Shown: positions 47,159 through 56,736 of the stretch, piece by piece
Position numbering within the stretch: position 1 is the stretch's first letter
Layout of the letters: each line of letters begins with the position of its first letter
DNA from: Legionella sp.
Lineage (GTDB): Bacteria; Pseudomonadota; Gammaproteobacteria; Legionellales; Legionellaceae
Assembly: GCA_030680075.1 (NCBI GenBank)
Contig: JAUXWR010000246.1
Span: 785-64,784 of the forward strand
Reading direction: 5' to 3'
DNA: 64,000 bases
Program-made: the position numbers and the translations under genes
Notes under the pieces: model-generated
What the model saw: only the letters and a program-made list of their open reading frames with translations
The model's database searches: none
What the model was told of the DNA's origin: nothing

Positions 47159-47618
47159 AAGCCCGTCATTGCGAGCTTTTATATGAAATCCAGAAAACGT
47201 ATAGCACTATCTTTTTAGCCTTACCGTGATTGAAACACGCTCTAACAGGTGTCGTCCCGGAATTGAGTAAGACTTGGTGAGCGTGCGAACCTAGTCTTAC
47301 TTAATGTCCGGGATCCATTCCACTCCATGCATCTTGTCAGGCACTATTACTTGTCATAATTTTAAGATTAATATCCCGTACCAGCCTGAAAATAGATCCC
47401 GGACATTAAGAGAGACTAAACTCGCGCGCTCGTTAAGTCTCTCTAAATTCCGGGACGACAGAGAAGGAGATTCGCGAGTTTACATTACATTGGTTGCCCG
47501 ATTAGAGATCTCTTTAATAGATAATATTTGTGCAAATTGAGACGTTAGTTAGGACGAAGCAACCTAGAGTTCGGCGCTTTGTTCCCCTGGGTTGCTTCGT
47601 TCCTCGCAATGACGGGCT
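47159..47618. repeat. Nested palindromic-repeat block, about 460 bp of non-coding DNA
   Basis: Outer inverted repeat: agcccgtcattgcgag (47159-47174) with ctcgcaatgacgggct (47603-47618). Inner: gtcgtcccggaatt (47251-47264) with aattccgggacgac (47447-47460). Two inverted ~59-bp hairpin units at 47254-47312 and 47398-47456. acgaagcaacc/ggttgcttcgt hairpin near 47554-47600. Confidence 0.75.
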
Positions 47619-47730
47619 CCGACTGTTGATTGGAAGGGGAGCCACTCAAAATGAGTGACGCGCATTATGTATTTGCGGACTGCACGCACTCTTTGATACA
47701 TTGACTAGAGATTAACTCCTGGTGTTATGG

Positions 47731-49536
47731 ATGACTGAGCTGGCTGAAATTAAAGCGTTACAAGTGGCTTTTCAAACTGATGAGCGCACCATTACAGCGG
47801 TGGATAATATCAGCTTCACCCTTAAACCCGGCGAAACACTCGCGCTTTTGGGTGAGTCAGGATGTGGCAAATCCTTAACAGCGCTAGCATTGATGCGTTT
47901 GTTACCTAATCATGGTGTTTATGGTCTTGCTAGTGAAATTAAGCTTGAGGGGGAGGACTTACTTGAGTTGCCGGAATGGATGATGCGCCAATTGCGAGGT
48001 CGACGCCTTGCTATTATTTTTCAAGAACCCATGACTGCCCTAAATCCGGTATTACGCATTGGTGAGCAGTTGGCAGAAGCGTTGCAACATCAAAAAAAAT
48101 TACCGGGAATATCCATTAAAAGCCGTTTAATCGAATTGCTTGAAAAAGTCGAAATACCTAACCCTGAGCTTCGTTTAAGACAATACCCCCATCAGCTCTC
48201 TGGCGGGCAAAAACAGCGCGTCGTGATAGCCATGGCCTTGGCCAATAATCCTGAAATTCTTATTGCAGATGAGCCAACTACCGCGTTAGATGTCACCATT
48301 CAGGCGCAAATATTGCGTTTGCTTAAAAAATTACAAGTCGAACAGCAAATGAGTATGTTGCTTATAACGCATGACTTGGGCGTGGTTAAAGCGGCTGCTG
48401 ATAATGTCTGTGTCATGTACGCGGGTCAACTGGTGGAAACAGCGTCTGTTCAAGCGTTTTTTAACGAGGTGAAGCACCCTTATTCGCAGCAATTATTGGC
48501 ATCATTGCCCAATTTTAACAAACGTGATACGCGACTGCAGGCTATCGAGGGGACGGTGCCTACTCTTGATGCATTGCCTGCCGGGTGTCGTTTTCATCCA
48601 CGTTGCGCGCATGTTTTTTCGCCTTGCAAGACCATAGTTCCTCTTTTACAGGAAATTGAAGAGCGTAAAGTACGCTGTCATTTATACCCGGAGCACAGTC
48701 ATTTGCCGCCATTATTATCGGTGCAAAATGCATGGCCCGAGCGTATTGAATCAACAGAGCTTTTGTTTTCTGTCAACAATTTATGTGTCTATTTTAGTGT
48801 AGGCAAATCACTGTTTAAGCAAAAAAGGGAAGTGATAAAGGCAGTAGATGGGTTATCTTTAAAGCTTTATAAAGGTAAGACTCTCGCCTTAGTGGGTGAG
48901 TCCGGGTGTGGTAAAACTACGGCAAGTCGCGCTTTAATAAAGCTTATACCCGTTACCTCAGGTGACATACACTATCGTGGCCAATCCGTAACCACCCTCA
49001 AAGGAGCCGCTTTGCGGGATTACCGAAAGCGAGTCCAAATAATCTTTCAAGACCCATACGCCTCCATGAATCCGCGCATGAGTGTGGGAGAAATAATAGC
49101 GGAAGGTATGGTGGCACAAGGGTTAGGTAGAGAGGCGATTTTGCGTAAACAGTTAACCCTATTGGATCAGGTACGGTTATCTAAAGAGAGTATAAATCGC
49201 TACCCTCATCAATTTTCAGGCGGGCAGCGACAACGAATTTGTATTGCTCGTGCGTTAGCGAGTGAACCTGAAGTGTTAATTTGTGATGAGCCAACCAGTG
49301 CGTTGGATGTGTCTGTGCAAGCACAAATTCTAAATCTCCTGAAAGAATTGCAATTAGAGCTCGGCATGTCTTATTTATTTATCACTCACAATATGTCGGT
49401 GGTTTCATATCTGGCTGATGATGTATTGGTGATGCGTGATGGTCGCGCAGTAGAGGAGGGGAGTTCTCGGGATATTTTAAAAAACCCCGAGGCACCTTAT
49501 ACACGGGAATTATTGAGCAGTGTTTTGGTGGTTTAG
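47731..49536 (+). CDS. ABC transporter ATP-binding protein with duplicated ATPase domains (YejF / fused DppD-DppF type)
   Basis: Two NBDs: GESGCGKS + LSGGQKQRVVIAMA + ILIADEPTTALD, and GESGCGKTT + FSGGQRQRICIARA + VLICDEPTSALD. Oligopeptide-type C-terminal extension (PxGCxFxxRC). Confidence 0.8.
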   Translation: MTELAEIKALQVAFQTDERTITAVDNISFTLKPGETLALLGESGCGKSLTALALMRLLPNHGVYGLASEIKLEGEDLLELPEWMMRQLRGRRLAIIFQEPMTALNPVLRIGEQLAEALQHQKKLPGISIKSRLIELLEKVEIPNPELRLRQYPHQLSGGQKQRVVIAMALANNPEILIADEPTTALDVTIQAQILRLLKKLQVEQQMSMLLITHDLGVVKAAADNVCVMYAGQLVETASVQAFFNEVKHPYSQQLLASLPNFNKRDTRLQAIEGTVPTLDALPAGCRFHPRCAHVFSPCKTIVPLLQEIEERKVRCHLYPEHSHLPPLLSVQNAWPERIESTELLFSVNNLCVYFSVGKSLFKQKREVIKAVDGLSLKLYKGKTLALVGESGCGKTTASRALIKLIPVTSGDIHYRGQSVTTLKGAALRDYRKRVQIIFQDPYASMNPRMSVGEIIAEGMVAQGLGREAILRKQLTLLDQVRLSKESINRYPHQFSGGQRQRICIARALASEPEVLICDEPTSALDVSVQAQILNLLKELQLELGMSYLFITHNMSVVSYLADDVLVMRDGRAVEEGSSRDILKNPEAPYTRELLSSVLVV

Positions 49537-49562
49537 AGCGAAGCTCGTTTTGCACTAAATGT

Positions 49563-49582
49563 CGTCTTTGTTCGCAAAGACG
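49563..49582 (+). terminator. Possible stem-loop terminator after the ABC ATPase gene
   Basis: cgtctttg-ttcg-caaagacg gives an 8-bp stem with a tetraloop. The downstream T-tract is weak (gggtatttgc). Confidence 0.3.
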
Positions 49583-49677
49583 GGGTATTTGCTAACAAAG
49601 CGAATCTAATTGTTTATTGCCTCTCTTAATAATTGGCTTGTACAATCTTTCAGGTTTTTACATTGGATATTTTTAAA

Positions 49678-50367
49678 ATGCCAAAGCATTTACATGGATT
49701 CTTTAACAATAAAACTCAATCTGACATTCATGCACGTTATCCTGATTACGTTGATATCGAATCAGTACTTCAAAGTGATTTACCATTTATTGAAAAAGGC
49801 CGCAAAGAGGGTGAAAGTTGGGCACAGGCTGCCAGGCGAATAAAGAGTCATGTGGATAGTGTCTGTTACATGATTTTGTACAATGATAATTTAAGTTTAT
49901 ATATGAATGCAGTTGCTCAGGATTATCCTCGCCTGGCACCTACGTATAATACGATTTATCATGAGATTACTGGCGTTGTCACAATATATCCTGATATAGA
50001 ACTTTATGGTTCGTATACTGCTGTAGCCAAGAGACTTGCTGACAGGTATCAAGCTTACATACCTATTTCTCACCAAACTATTGTTGCATTCGCTGGTGAG
50101 ATAGGGAAAGTGCAGCAACTAATCCAGGATGGAGAAATAGAAAAATTACTAAATTTGGTGTGTAGAGCTTATGACCCTCTTCAAAAGACGCATGATTCTT
50201 CACAAGAGCATGGCAAAAGACAAGTGTACCATCTTGAATATAATAGGGAAAATAAGCGTTTTGATTTTAGAGAGGCCCCTCGGCTTATTAGCGCTGTGAG
50301 GGGACCTGAATTACTGGAAACAGAGGAATTCTATTTTTCAACTGTCGTTCATTTTTCTCGCCTATAA
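49678..50367 (+). CDS. Orphan hypothetical protein (229 aa from ATG 49678)
   Basis: ORF only; no recognisable motif. C-terminal ETEE acidic patch. Confidence 0.4.
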   Translation: MPKHLHGFFNNKTQSDIHARYPDYVDIESVLQSDLPFIEKGRKEGESWAQAARRIKSHVDSVCYMILYNDNLSLYMNAVAQDYPRLAPTYNTIYHEITGVVTIYPDIELYGSYTAVAKRLADRYQAYIPISHQTIVAFAGEIGKVQQLIQDGEIEKLLNLVCRAYDPLQKTHDSSQEHGKRQVYHLEYNRENKRFDFREAPRLISAVRGPELLETEEFYFSTVVHFSRL

Positions 50368-50417
50368 GCGTTTTGAGAGCCTCGGCCGTGAGTGCCACGG
50401 CGTTGGCTCGTCTGTCG

Positions 50418-52127
50418 TTAGTTTGAAAAGAGTTTCTTAACAAATTGCTTCAGTTCCGATAGAGGAATCATCTCGACACCCTCTTTATCACGACCTTTAT
50501 ATTCAACAACCTCTTGAGCTAACAGGCGCTCGCTAACCACAAGTCGATGAGGTATCCCTATTAAATCATTATCAGCAAATAATACCCCGGGGCGCTCATT
50601 GCGATCATCAAGAAGCGTTTCAATGCCACTCGCGGTTAAGTCCTGATAAAGCTTTTCAGCGGCAGCCAACACATCTGGGCATCTTTGTCCATTAATGGGA
50701 ATAATTACCAACTTAAAAGGCGCTATGGAGGCCGGCCATATAATGCCGCGATCATCATGATGTTGCTCAATGGCGGCAGCGACTACCCGAGAAATGCCCA
50801 GTCCATAACATCCCATCAGCATTGTCTGTAAATGACCTTCTTCATTAATGACCGCAGCATTCATGGCTTTAGCGTATTTATCGCCGAGTTGAAATACATG
50901 CCCTACCTCAATACCACGACAGGATTGCAATTGGCCTTGGCCGTCAGGACTTGGATCGCCATTTTTGACATTGCGTAAATCGTAAGTTTCCTGATAATTG
51001 GCATCACGCCTCCAAGCGGCGTTCAGGAGATGTTTGCCCGCGACATTTGCTCCACAAACAAAAGAGGACATAGCGGCGGCATTATTATCTGCTATGACTG
51101 GAATTGAAAGACCGACTGGACCTAACGATCCCACTGGTGCGCCTAACGCTGATAGAATGGTTTTATCATCAGCAAAACGTAAAGGCGATTTAACGAGCGG
51201 GTGTTTACTTGCTTTTACTTCGTTAAGCTCATCATCACCGCGAAGCACGAGCGCTACCAGTGGTTGCTCCTTGCCTTCAACAATTAAGGTTTTAATCATT
51301 TGTTCAGGACGAACAGTTAAGCTTTTAGCCACTTCATCAATGGTTTTTTGTCCAACAGTATCCACACTTGTCATGGGGGTGTCAGGAGTGACGGAGGCTT
51401 TGGTGGGGGCGAGACTCGTTGCTTGCTCGATATTAGCGGCATAACTGCTTTTATCACTGAAAAAAATCAAATCCTCCCCGGAATCTGCCAATACTTGAAA
51501 TTCATGTGAGGCCGAGCCGCCAATTGCGCCCGTATCTGCTTCCACCGCGCGATAGCGCAAACCCAGCCTGTCAAAAATACGGCAATAAGCCTGGTACATG
51601 GCATCGTAGGTTTGCTGCAATGATTCTTGGGATAAATGGAAGGAATAGGAATCTTTCATGATAAATTCACGCGCGCGCATTACACCAAAGCGGGGGCGGA
51701 TTTCATCGCGAAATTTTGTTTGGATCTGATAAAAATTGATTGGCAATTGTTTGTAGGAACGAAGCTCATTTCGTATTAAATCTGTTATCACTTCTTCATG
51801 GGTCGGGCCAAAACAATATTCACGCTCATTACTGTCATGCATTGTTAATAATTGACCACCAAATGTTTCCCAACGGCCTGTTTCTTTCCAGAGCTCAGCA
51901 GGTTGAATAGCAGGCATTAATACTTCAATAGCATGGGCGCGATTCATTTCCTCTCTTACAATCGCTTCAATATTGCGTAATACTTTGAGGCCAAGCGGGA
52001 GCCAGGTATAAAGCCCTGAGCCTAATTTACGAATCATACCCGCACGAAGCATGAGTTGATGTGAAACCACTTCTGCGTCGTTAGGTGTTTCTTTAAGTGT
52101 TGTTAAAAACCATTGAGAGGCTCGCAT
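50418..52127 (-). CDS. proS: Prolyl-tRNA synthetase, bacterial type with an inserted editing domain
   Basis: 569 aa. N-terminal [15 protein letters not shown], class II motifs ([26 protein letters not shown]). Confidence 0.92.
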   Translation of the reverse strand: MRASQWFLTTLKETPNDAEVVSHQLMLRAGMIRKLGSGLYTWLPLGLKVLRNIEAIVREEMNRAHAIEVLMPAIQPAELWKETGRWETFGGQLLTMHDSNEREYCFGPTHEEVITDLIRNELRSYKQLPINFYQIQTKFRDEIRPRFGVMRAREFIMKDSYSFHLSQESLQQTYDAMYQAYCRIFDRLGLRYRAVEADTGAIGGSASHEFQVLADSGEDLIFFSDKSSYAANIEQATSLAPTKASVTPDTPMTSVDTVGQKTIDEVAKSLTVRPEQMIKTLIVEGKEQPLVALVLRGDDELNEVKASKHPLVKSPLRFADDKTILSALGAPVGSLGPVGLSIPVIADNNAAAMSSFVCGANVAGKHLLNAAWRRDANYQETYDLRNVKNGDPSPDGQGQLQSCRGIEVGHVFQLGDKYAKAMNAAVINEEGHLQTMLMGCYGLGISRVVAAAIEQHHDDRGIIWPASIAPFKLVIIPINGQRCPDVLAAAEKLYQDLTASGIETLLDDRNERPGVLFADNDLIGIPHRLVVSERLLAQEVVEYKGRDKEGVEMIPLSELKQFVKKLFSN

Positions 52128-52231
52128 ACTGTTCCTGCTAATTAAGAAAAGTGCATTATATACCGCTGGTACAATTATTTGCGAGAGGAGTAAGATGATG
52201 GCCTACATTTTGATGTCGTGAAGCGGGAGAG

Positions 52232-53116
52232 ATGATGAACAAGATTGCTCTGATACAAACCTTTTGCAAGGTTGCGTTGCATCATACCTTTACGGGAGCC
52301 GCCAAATCCTTAAACATTTCGGTAGCAGCAGTTAGCAAACAGATTCAGCAGTTGGAAGACCAATTGGGGGTGGTTTTATTTGAGCGCACCACGAGGAAAG
52401 TCACACTGACAGTGATTGGGGAGTCTTACTATAAAGAGGTGCAGCGTGTTTTATTAGCATTGGAGGAGGCGGATAGTGTAATGGCGGCTACGAAAGCTCA
52501 CCCTTCTGGCCTTTTGCGTGTAAAAAGCCCCCGTTTTTTTGCTGAAAAAATAATTTTACCGCGTATGCCTCTTTTTCAGAATAAATATCCAGACGTAGTG
52601 CTTGATTTACAAATCGCAGAAGAAGTACCCAATTTATGGGATGAGGAGCTCGATATTGTTTTTGGTATGTCAATGGCAGTCGCCTCAAATTCTGTACAAA
52701 AAAAGATAGGCATGACCCGTTATGTATTTTGTGCAGCACCCGCATATCTTGAGAAATTTGGCTACCCTAAAACGCCTTATGACTTGGCAAATCATCATTA
52801 TTTAACGCATAGCATGCGCAAGCCTAATAATAGCTGGGTGTTTGGCAACGGTGAAATCGTTCATCTCAAACCGCGATTATATCTAAATGATGCGGCAGCC
52901 ATTGCAAATTGTGCGTGTCTTGGGTTAGGCGTAGCAGCTTTGCATGTTTATCAAGTCAAAGATGCTTTACAACGAGGAGAGTTGGTAGAAATATTACCTG
53001 ACGATCGCATGGCGGATATTCCTGTCTTTTTATACTATCATCCTGCCCGTTATATGCAGCCAAAAATAAGTCTCTGGATAGATGCCATAATTTCCGATAT
53101 GCCGAGTTTGATGTAA
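52232..53116 (+). CDS. LysR-family transcriptional regulator
   Basis: N-terminal wHTH (FTGAAKSLNISVAAVSKQIQQLEDQLGVVLFERTTRKVTLT) plus an LysR substrate-binding domain of the expected length. Confidence 0.85.
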   Translation: MMNKIALIQTFCKVALHHTFTGAAKSLNISVAAVSKQIQQLEDQLGVVLFERTTRKVTLTVIGESYYKEVQRVLLALEEADSVMAATKAHPSGLLRVKSPRFFAEKIILPRMPLFQNKYPDVVLDLQIAEEVPNLWDEELDIVFGMSMAVASNSVQKKIGMTRYVFCAAPAYLEKFGYPKTPYDLANHHYLTHSMRKPNNSWVFGNGEIVHLKPRLYLNDAAAIANCACLGLGVAALHVYQVKDALQRGELVEILPDDRMADIPVFLYYHPARYMQPKISLWIDAIISDMPSLM

Positions 53117-53160
53117 TGCTGGCCATCCATACCTTGTTGGTGTTCAGGGGTAATGCCTTT

Positions 53161-53308
53161 CCCGGATTACGCTGCGCTAATCCGGGCTACATTGGATAGC
53201 TCCAAGGGCCACTCCATCACTGTAGCCCGGATTAGCGATAACGTAATCCGGGGATCGGGGCTCAGGAGTAGGGCATTCCCGGATTACGCTGCGCTAATCC
53301 GGGCTACA
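53161..53308. repeat. Three REP-like family 2 copies in alternating orientation between convergent genes
   Basis: cccggattacgctgcgctaatccgggctaca (53161-53191), tgtagcccggattagcgataacgtaatccggg (53221-53252), and cccggattacgctgcgctaatccgggctaca (53278-53308). Confidence 0.85.
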
Positions 53309-53319
53309 TTGGGTATTTT

Positions 53320-55692
53320 TCAATGCTCATGAGATTCACCAGGCTTTCTTGGTATACAAGACTCATTACCCGGTAAAATGCCTGCATCGTGGAGCAAAGC
53401 GTGCATTTTAGGGGCAAGGCCAAGACTCGTCTCTTTGCACAATTGCGCTAAATCTGAAGAGAAGTCCTCAAAGGTTACTTTGCCGCTTTCAACATCATAA
53501 ATCGCACCGACCATGGCAATTTCATCCTGATCTATCATCAGTTTTAAAATTTCACTATCGAGATAAATCTGTTGCAAGGTATTGGCAATATTCAAAGAGG
53601 TGACATGTCTCATGAAGTCAACATTTGTGCTGGTGCGGTTAGCGAGGGTTTCCGTTTCAGCGTTTACTGCTGGTTTGATTTTTGCTAATAGTTGTGAAAT
53701 ATGCCCTTTCTCCACGCCATCACAAGCGGCTTGAATGGCACCACATCGGGTATGCCCGAGAACCACGATTAGTTTGGCTCCCACAATGTGGCATGCATAT
53801 TCGATACTGGCTAAAACATCATTATTAACAACGTTACCCGCAACGCGCACACAAAACAAATCTCCAAAACTCATGTCAAAAATGGTTTCAACAGGTACCC
53901 GGGAATCAATGCACCCTAAAACTACAGCCATAGGGTGTTGAGTATGAGCGGTGTATTTTATATCTATTTTAGGACTGCGATGAATGCGCGTGTCATTAAG
54001 AAATCGCTGGTTTCCTTCACACAAAATGGTAAGAACCTCACGAGGCGTAAGGTTAGCCAGGACGTCATAAGTTGTTACATTGATAAAGTCAATATAATTA
54101 TGAATATCATAACTCTCTTTAAAACCGATAAGATTGAGCGCTATTTGTTTATGAGGTGCAAGCTCTGTTTGAAATTCTTTAATGAGCTCTACTATTTCCT
54201 TATCAATATAATGAGAATAACGCGCATCAATAATTAGCTGCGAATTTTTTGGAAGGGAATTTAGCTCCGCAACGAGAGAGGCTTTATTTAAAAAAGTAAT
54301 TTGCTGTGGTAAAACCAGCCGGTTAGTCGCACCATTCGGATATATTTCATTAATGATATCCAGCCGTGCCTGACTGTTGGTTTTTAGTATATAAAATAAG
54401 CTGATAGCCAGACCTATTAAAATCCCCGCTAACAAATTAAAAATTACAATGCTGATTACTGTTGCTATAAAAGGAATAAAACGGTCAGTGCCTTGTTGAT
54501 AGATTTGTTTATAAATAGCGGGTTTGGTCAGTTTATATCCCGTGTAGATTAAAATGACGGCAAGTGATGACAGCGGGATTTTATTAAGCCAGCCAGGTAT
54601 TAAAAGGACTGCAAACAGTAGAAAAAAGCCATGTAAAACGCTTGCCATTTTGGTTTTACCGCCGGCTTGTATATTGACCGAGGTGCGTACAATTACGGAG
54701 GTTATGGGGATGCCTCCAATAAGACCCGCGGCTAAATTTCCTACCCCTTGTGCAATTAACTCCTGATCCTTGGAACAAACACGTCTTTTTCTATCGAGTT
54801 TTTCAGCCGCTTTAATATTTAACAAGCTCTCGAGTGAGGCCACTATGGAAATAATGGCTGCGTATAAATAGATTTTAGGATTAGACCATGCAGACCAATC
54901 AGGAAGTTGGAGCTGCTTAAAAAAATCAACCCAGCTTCCATTATTAGGAATATTTACTAAATGCGTATCATTTTGTGCAAATACAGAGTTACTCATAATA
55001 AACGCTTCGTTAAGTAAAATCCCCGCTATGACCACAATAATCGCCGCCGGAATTCCTTTTAACACGTGGATTCTGGTTTTTTCAAAGAAGAGGAGGATGG
55101 CGAAAGAGAGAAGCGAAATAATAGTAGCGCCACTGTTAATATGGGAGGAAAAATTCCAAAGCGGGGCAAAGGTCAAGCCTTCCGTTGTTTCGAGTAAGTG
55201 GGCTTGTAACTCTTGCAGATCCGTTGATAAAGTGAAGGCAAGAGGCAATTGTTTAACAATTAATAAAATTCCTATCGCGCATAATAAGCCTTGCACCACA
55301 TTAGAAGGAACATATTCAACGATAAATCCTGCACGTAAAGCACCGACGGCAATCTGCAAAATGCCCGCAAAAGCTAGCGCAAGCAAGAAGGTATTAAAAT
55401 CACCAAGCTGAGTAATTGCGGTTATCACAACAGCAGCCATTCCAGCGGCAGGCCCACTTACGCTGACTTGCGAGCCGCTCAAGGAGCCCACGACCAGCCC
55501 CCCGATAACACCACTTAAAATACCTGAAAAAAGAGGGGCGCCTGATGCGAGTGCTATACCAAGACAAAGAGGTATGGCAACTAAAAAAACAACAATGGCT
55601 GCAATAACGTCAAATTTAAAATTTCGATTTTTGTAAATTTTAGTTTTTCGTAAAAGTGTTGAGTAAGGTGCGCTCATCATTTTGTTACTCAC
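53320..55692 (-). CDS. SulP-family anion transporter with STAS domain, fused to a C-terminal beta-class carbonic anhydrase
   Basis: N-terminal ~500 aa are polytopic SulP-like. C-terminal GCIDSRVP and GHTRCGA are the beta-CA zinc-ligand motifs. Confidence 0.8.
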   Translation of the reverse strand: MSNKMMSAPYSTLLRKTKIYKNRNFKFDVIAAIVVFLVAIPLCLGIALASGAPLFSGILSGVIGGLVVGSLSGSQVSVSGPAAGMAAVVITAITQLGDFNTFLLALAFAGILQIAVGALRAGFIVEYVPSNVVQGLLCAIGILLIVKQLPLAFTLSTDLQELQAHLLETTEGLTFAPLWNFSSHINSGATIISLLSFAILLFFEKTRIHVLKGIPAAIIVVIAGILLNEAFIMSNSVFAQNDTHLVNIPNNGSWVDFFKQLQLPDWSAWSNPKIYLYAAIISIVASLESLLNIKAAEKLDRKRRVCSKDQELIAQGVGNLAAGLIGGIPITSVIVRTSVNIQAGGKTKMASVLHGFFLLFAVLLIPGWLNKIPLSSLAVILIYTGYKLTKPAIYKQIYQQGTDRFIPFIATVISIVIFNLLAGILIGLAISLFYILKTNSQARLDIINEIYPNGATNRLVLPQQITFLNKASLVAELNSLPKNSQLIIDARYSHYIDKEIVELIKEFQTELAPHKQIALNLIGFKESYDIHNYIDFINVTTYDVLANLTPREVLTILCEGNQRFLNDTRIHRSPKIDIKYTAHTQHPMAVVLGCIDSRVPVETIFDMSFGDLFCVRVAGNVVNNDVLASIEYACHIVGAKLIVVLGHTRCGAIQAACDGVEKGHISQLLAKIKPAVNAETETLANRTSTNVDFMRHVTSLNIANTLQQIYLDSEILKLMIDQDEIAMVGAIYDVESGKVTFEDFSSDLAQLCKETSLGLAPKMHALLHDAGILPGNESCIPRKPGESHEH

Positions 55693-55858
55693 TCAATTTG
55701 AATATGAGCAATATAACCCAGATCGTGCAATTTGTTAATCTTTACAATAAAGAAATATTTCTTTACTGTTTGTGTTGTGAATGTATATTTACCAGAGAAT
55801 TTAATCCTGGTATTGCATCCTGAGCGCATTTCCCTGCTATGCCATATCGGGGTTATAT

Positions 55859-56704
55859 TTATTCTTCCAGAGCTACAATTTCATCTTCTCCAAATACCGC
55901 TTCCGGGTTCATAATTTTTTTATCAATCAACTGTGCTTCAAGATTTTTGAATTGCCACAAGTCTTGATCCATCAGCTGACTGGGTTTTATGCTTTGTAAC
56001 GCATGGAGAATATTGCTGGGAATCTTGGGGTTTTCTTCGGCTAACTGATCAATTAATTTACCAGTTCGTTTGCGGGCCAGATTTTCCTGTGAACCACATA
56101 AGGTGCAAGGAATAATTGGGTAGGCCTGTTCGTTGGCAAATGTAATAATGTCTCGCTCCTGTGCGTAACATAAAGGACGAATAACAATGTGCTTTTTATT
56201 ATCGCTTAACAGTTTGGGTGGCATGGAACGAATGTCGCCATTATAAAGAATAGACATTAACAAGGTTCGAATCAGATCGTCACGATGATGACCCAGGGCA
56301 ATTTTAGTGTAACCGTTTTCTTCCGCGTAACGGTAGATGATGCCGCGCCGAAGTCTTGAGCACAGTGAGCAATAGGTTTTTCCTTCAGGAATTTTGTCTT
56401 TAACAATACTATAGGTATCACGGGTCAAAATTTCATAAGGAATATTTCGCTCCTGCAACCATGCATGCAACTTGGTATCATCCCAACCGGGTTGAGCTTG
56501 ATCAAGAGTAAAAGCAAAAATTTCAAATTTGTTGTTGGAACGTTTTCTTAACGTATGTAGCAGTGTTAATAAGCTAAATGAATCCTTACCGCCAGACAGG
56601 CAAACCATAACCCTGTCCCCGCGCTGGATCATATTAAAATCAGCGATGGCTTTACCAGTGTAGTGTAATAGTTTTTTTTCAACAAATGATGGAGTGACAG
56701 ACAT
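55859..56704 (-). CDS. ttcA: tRNA 2-thiocytidine(32) synthetase
   Basis: PP-loop [18 protein letters not shown], and the CTLCGSQ cluster. Confidence 0.85.
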   Translation of the reverse strand: MSVTPSFVEKKLLHYTGKAIADFNMIQRGDRVMVCLSGGKDSFSLLTLLHTLRKRSNNKFEIFAFTLDQAQPGWDDTKLHAWLQERNIPYEILTRDTYSIVKDKIPEGKTYCSLCSRLRRGIIYRYAEENGYTKIALGHHRDDLIRTLLMSILYNGDIRSMPPKLLSDNKKHIVIRPLCYAQERDIITFANEQAYPIIPCTLCGSQENLARKRTGKLIDQLAEENPKIPSNILHALQSIKPSQLMDQDLWQFKNLEAQLIDKKIMNPEAVFGEDEIVALEE

Positions 56705-56736
56705 AATAATTACAACCTGAATATAAAATATTAAAA

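Noticed and set aside
47304-47540. A 78-aa ORF in the repeat block after the giant ORF.
   Set aside because: It lies entirely within nested palindromic repeats whose copies elsewhere (323-432) are non-coding. The composition is low-complexity and there is no RBS.
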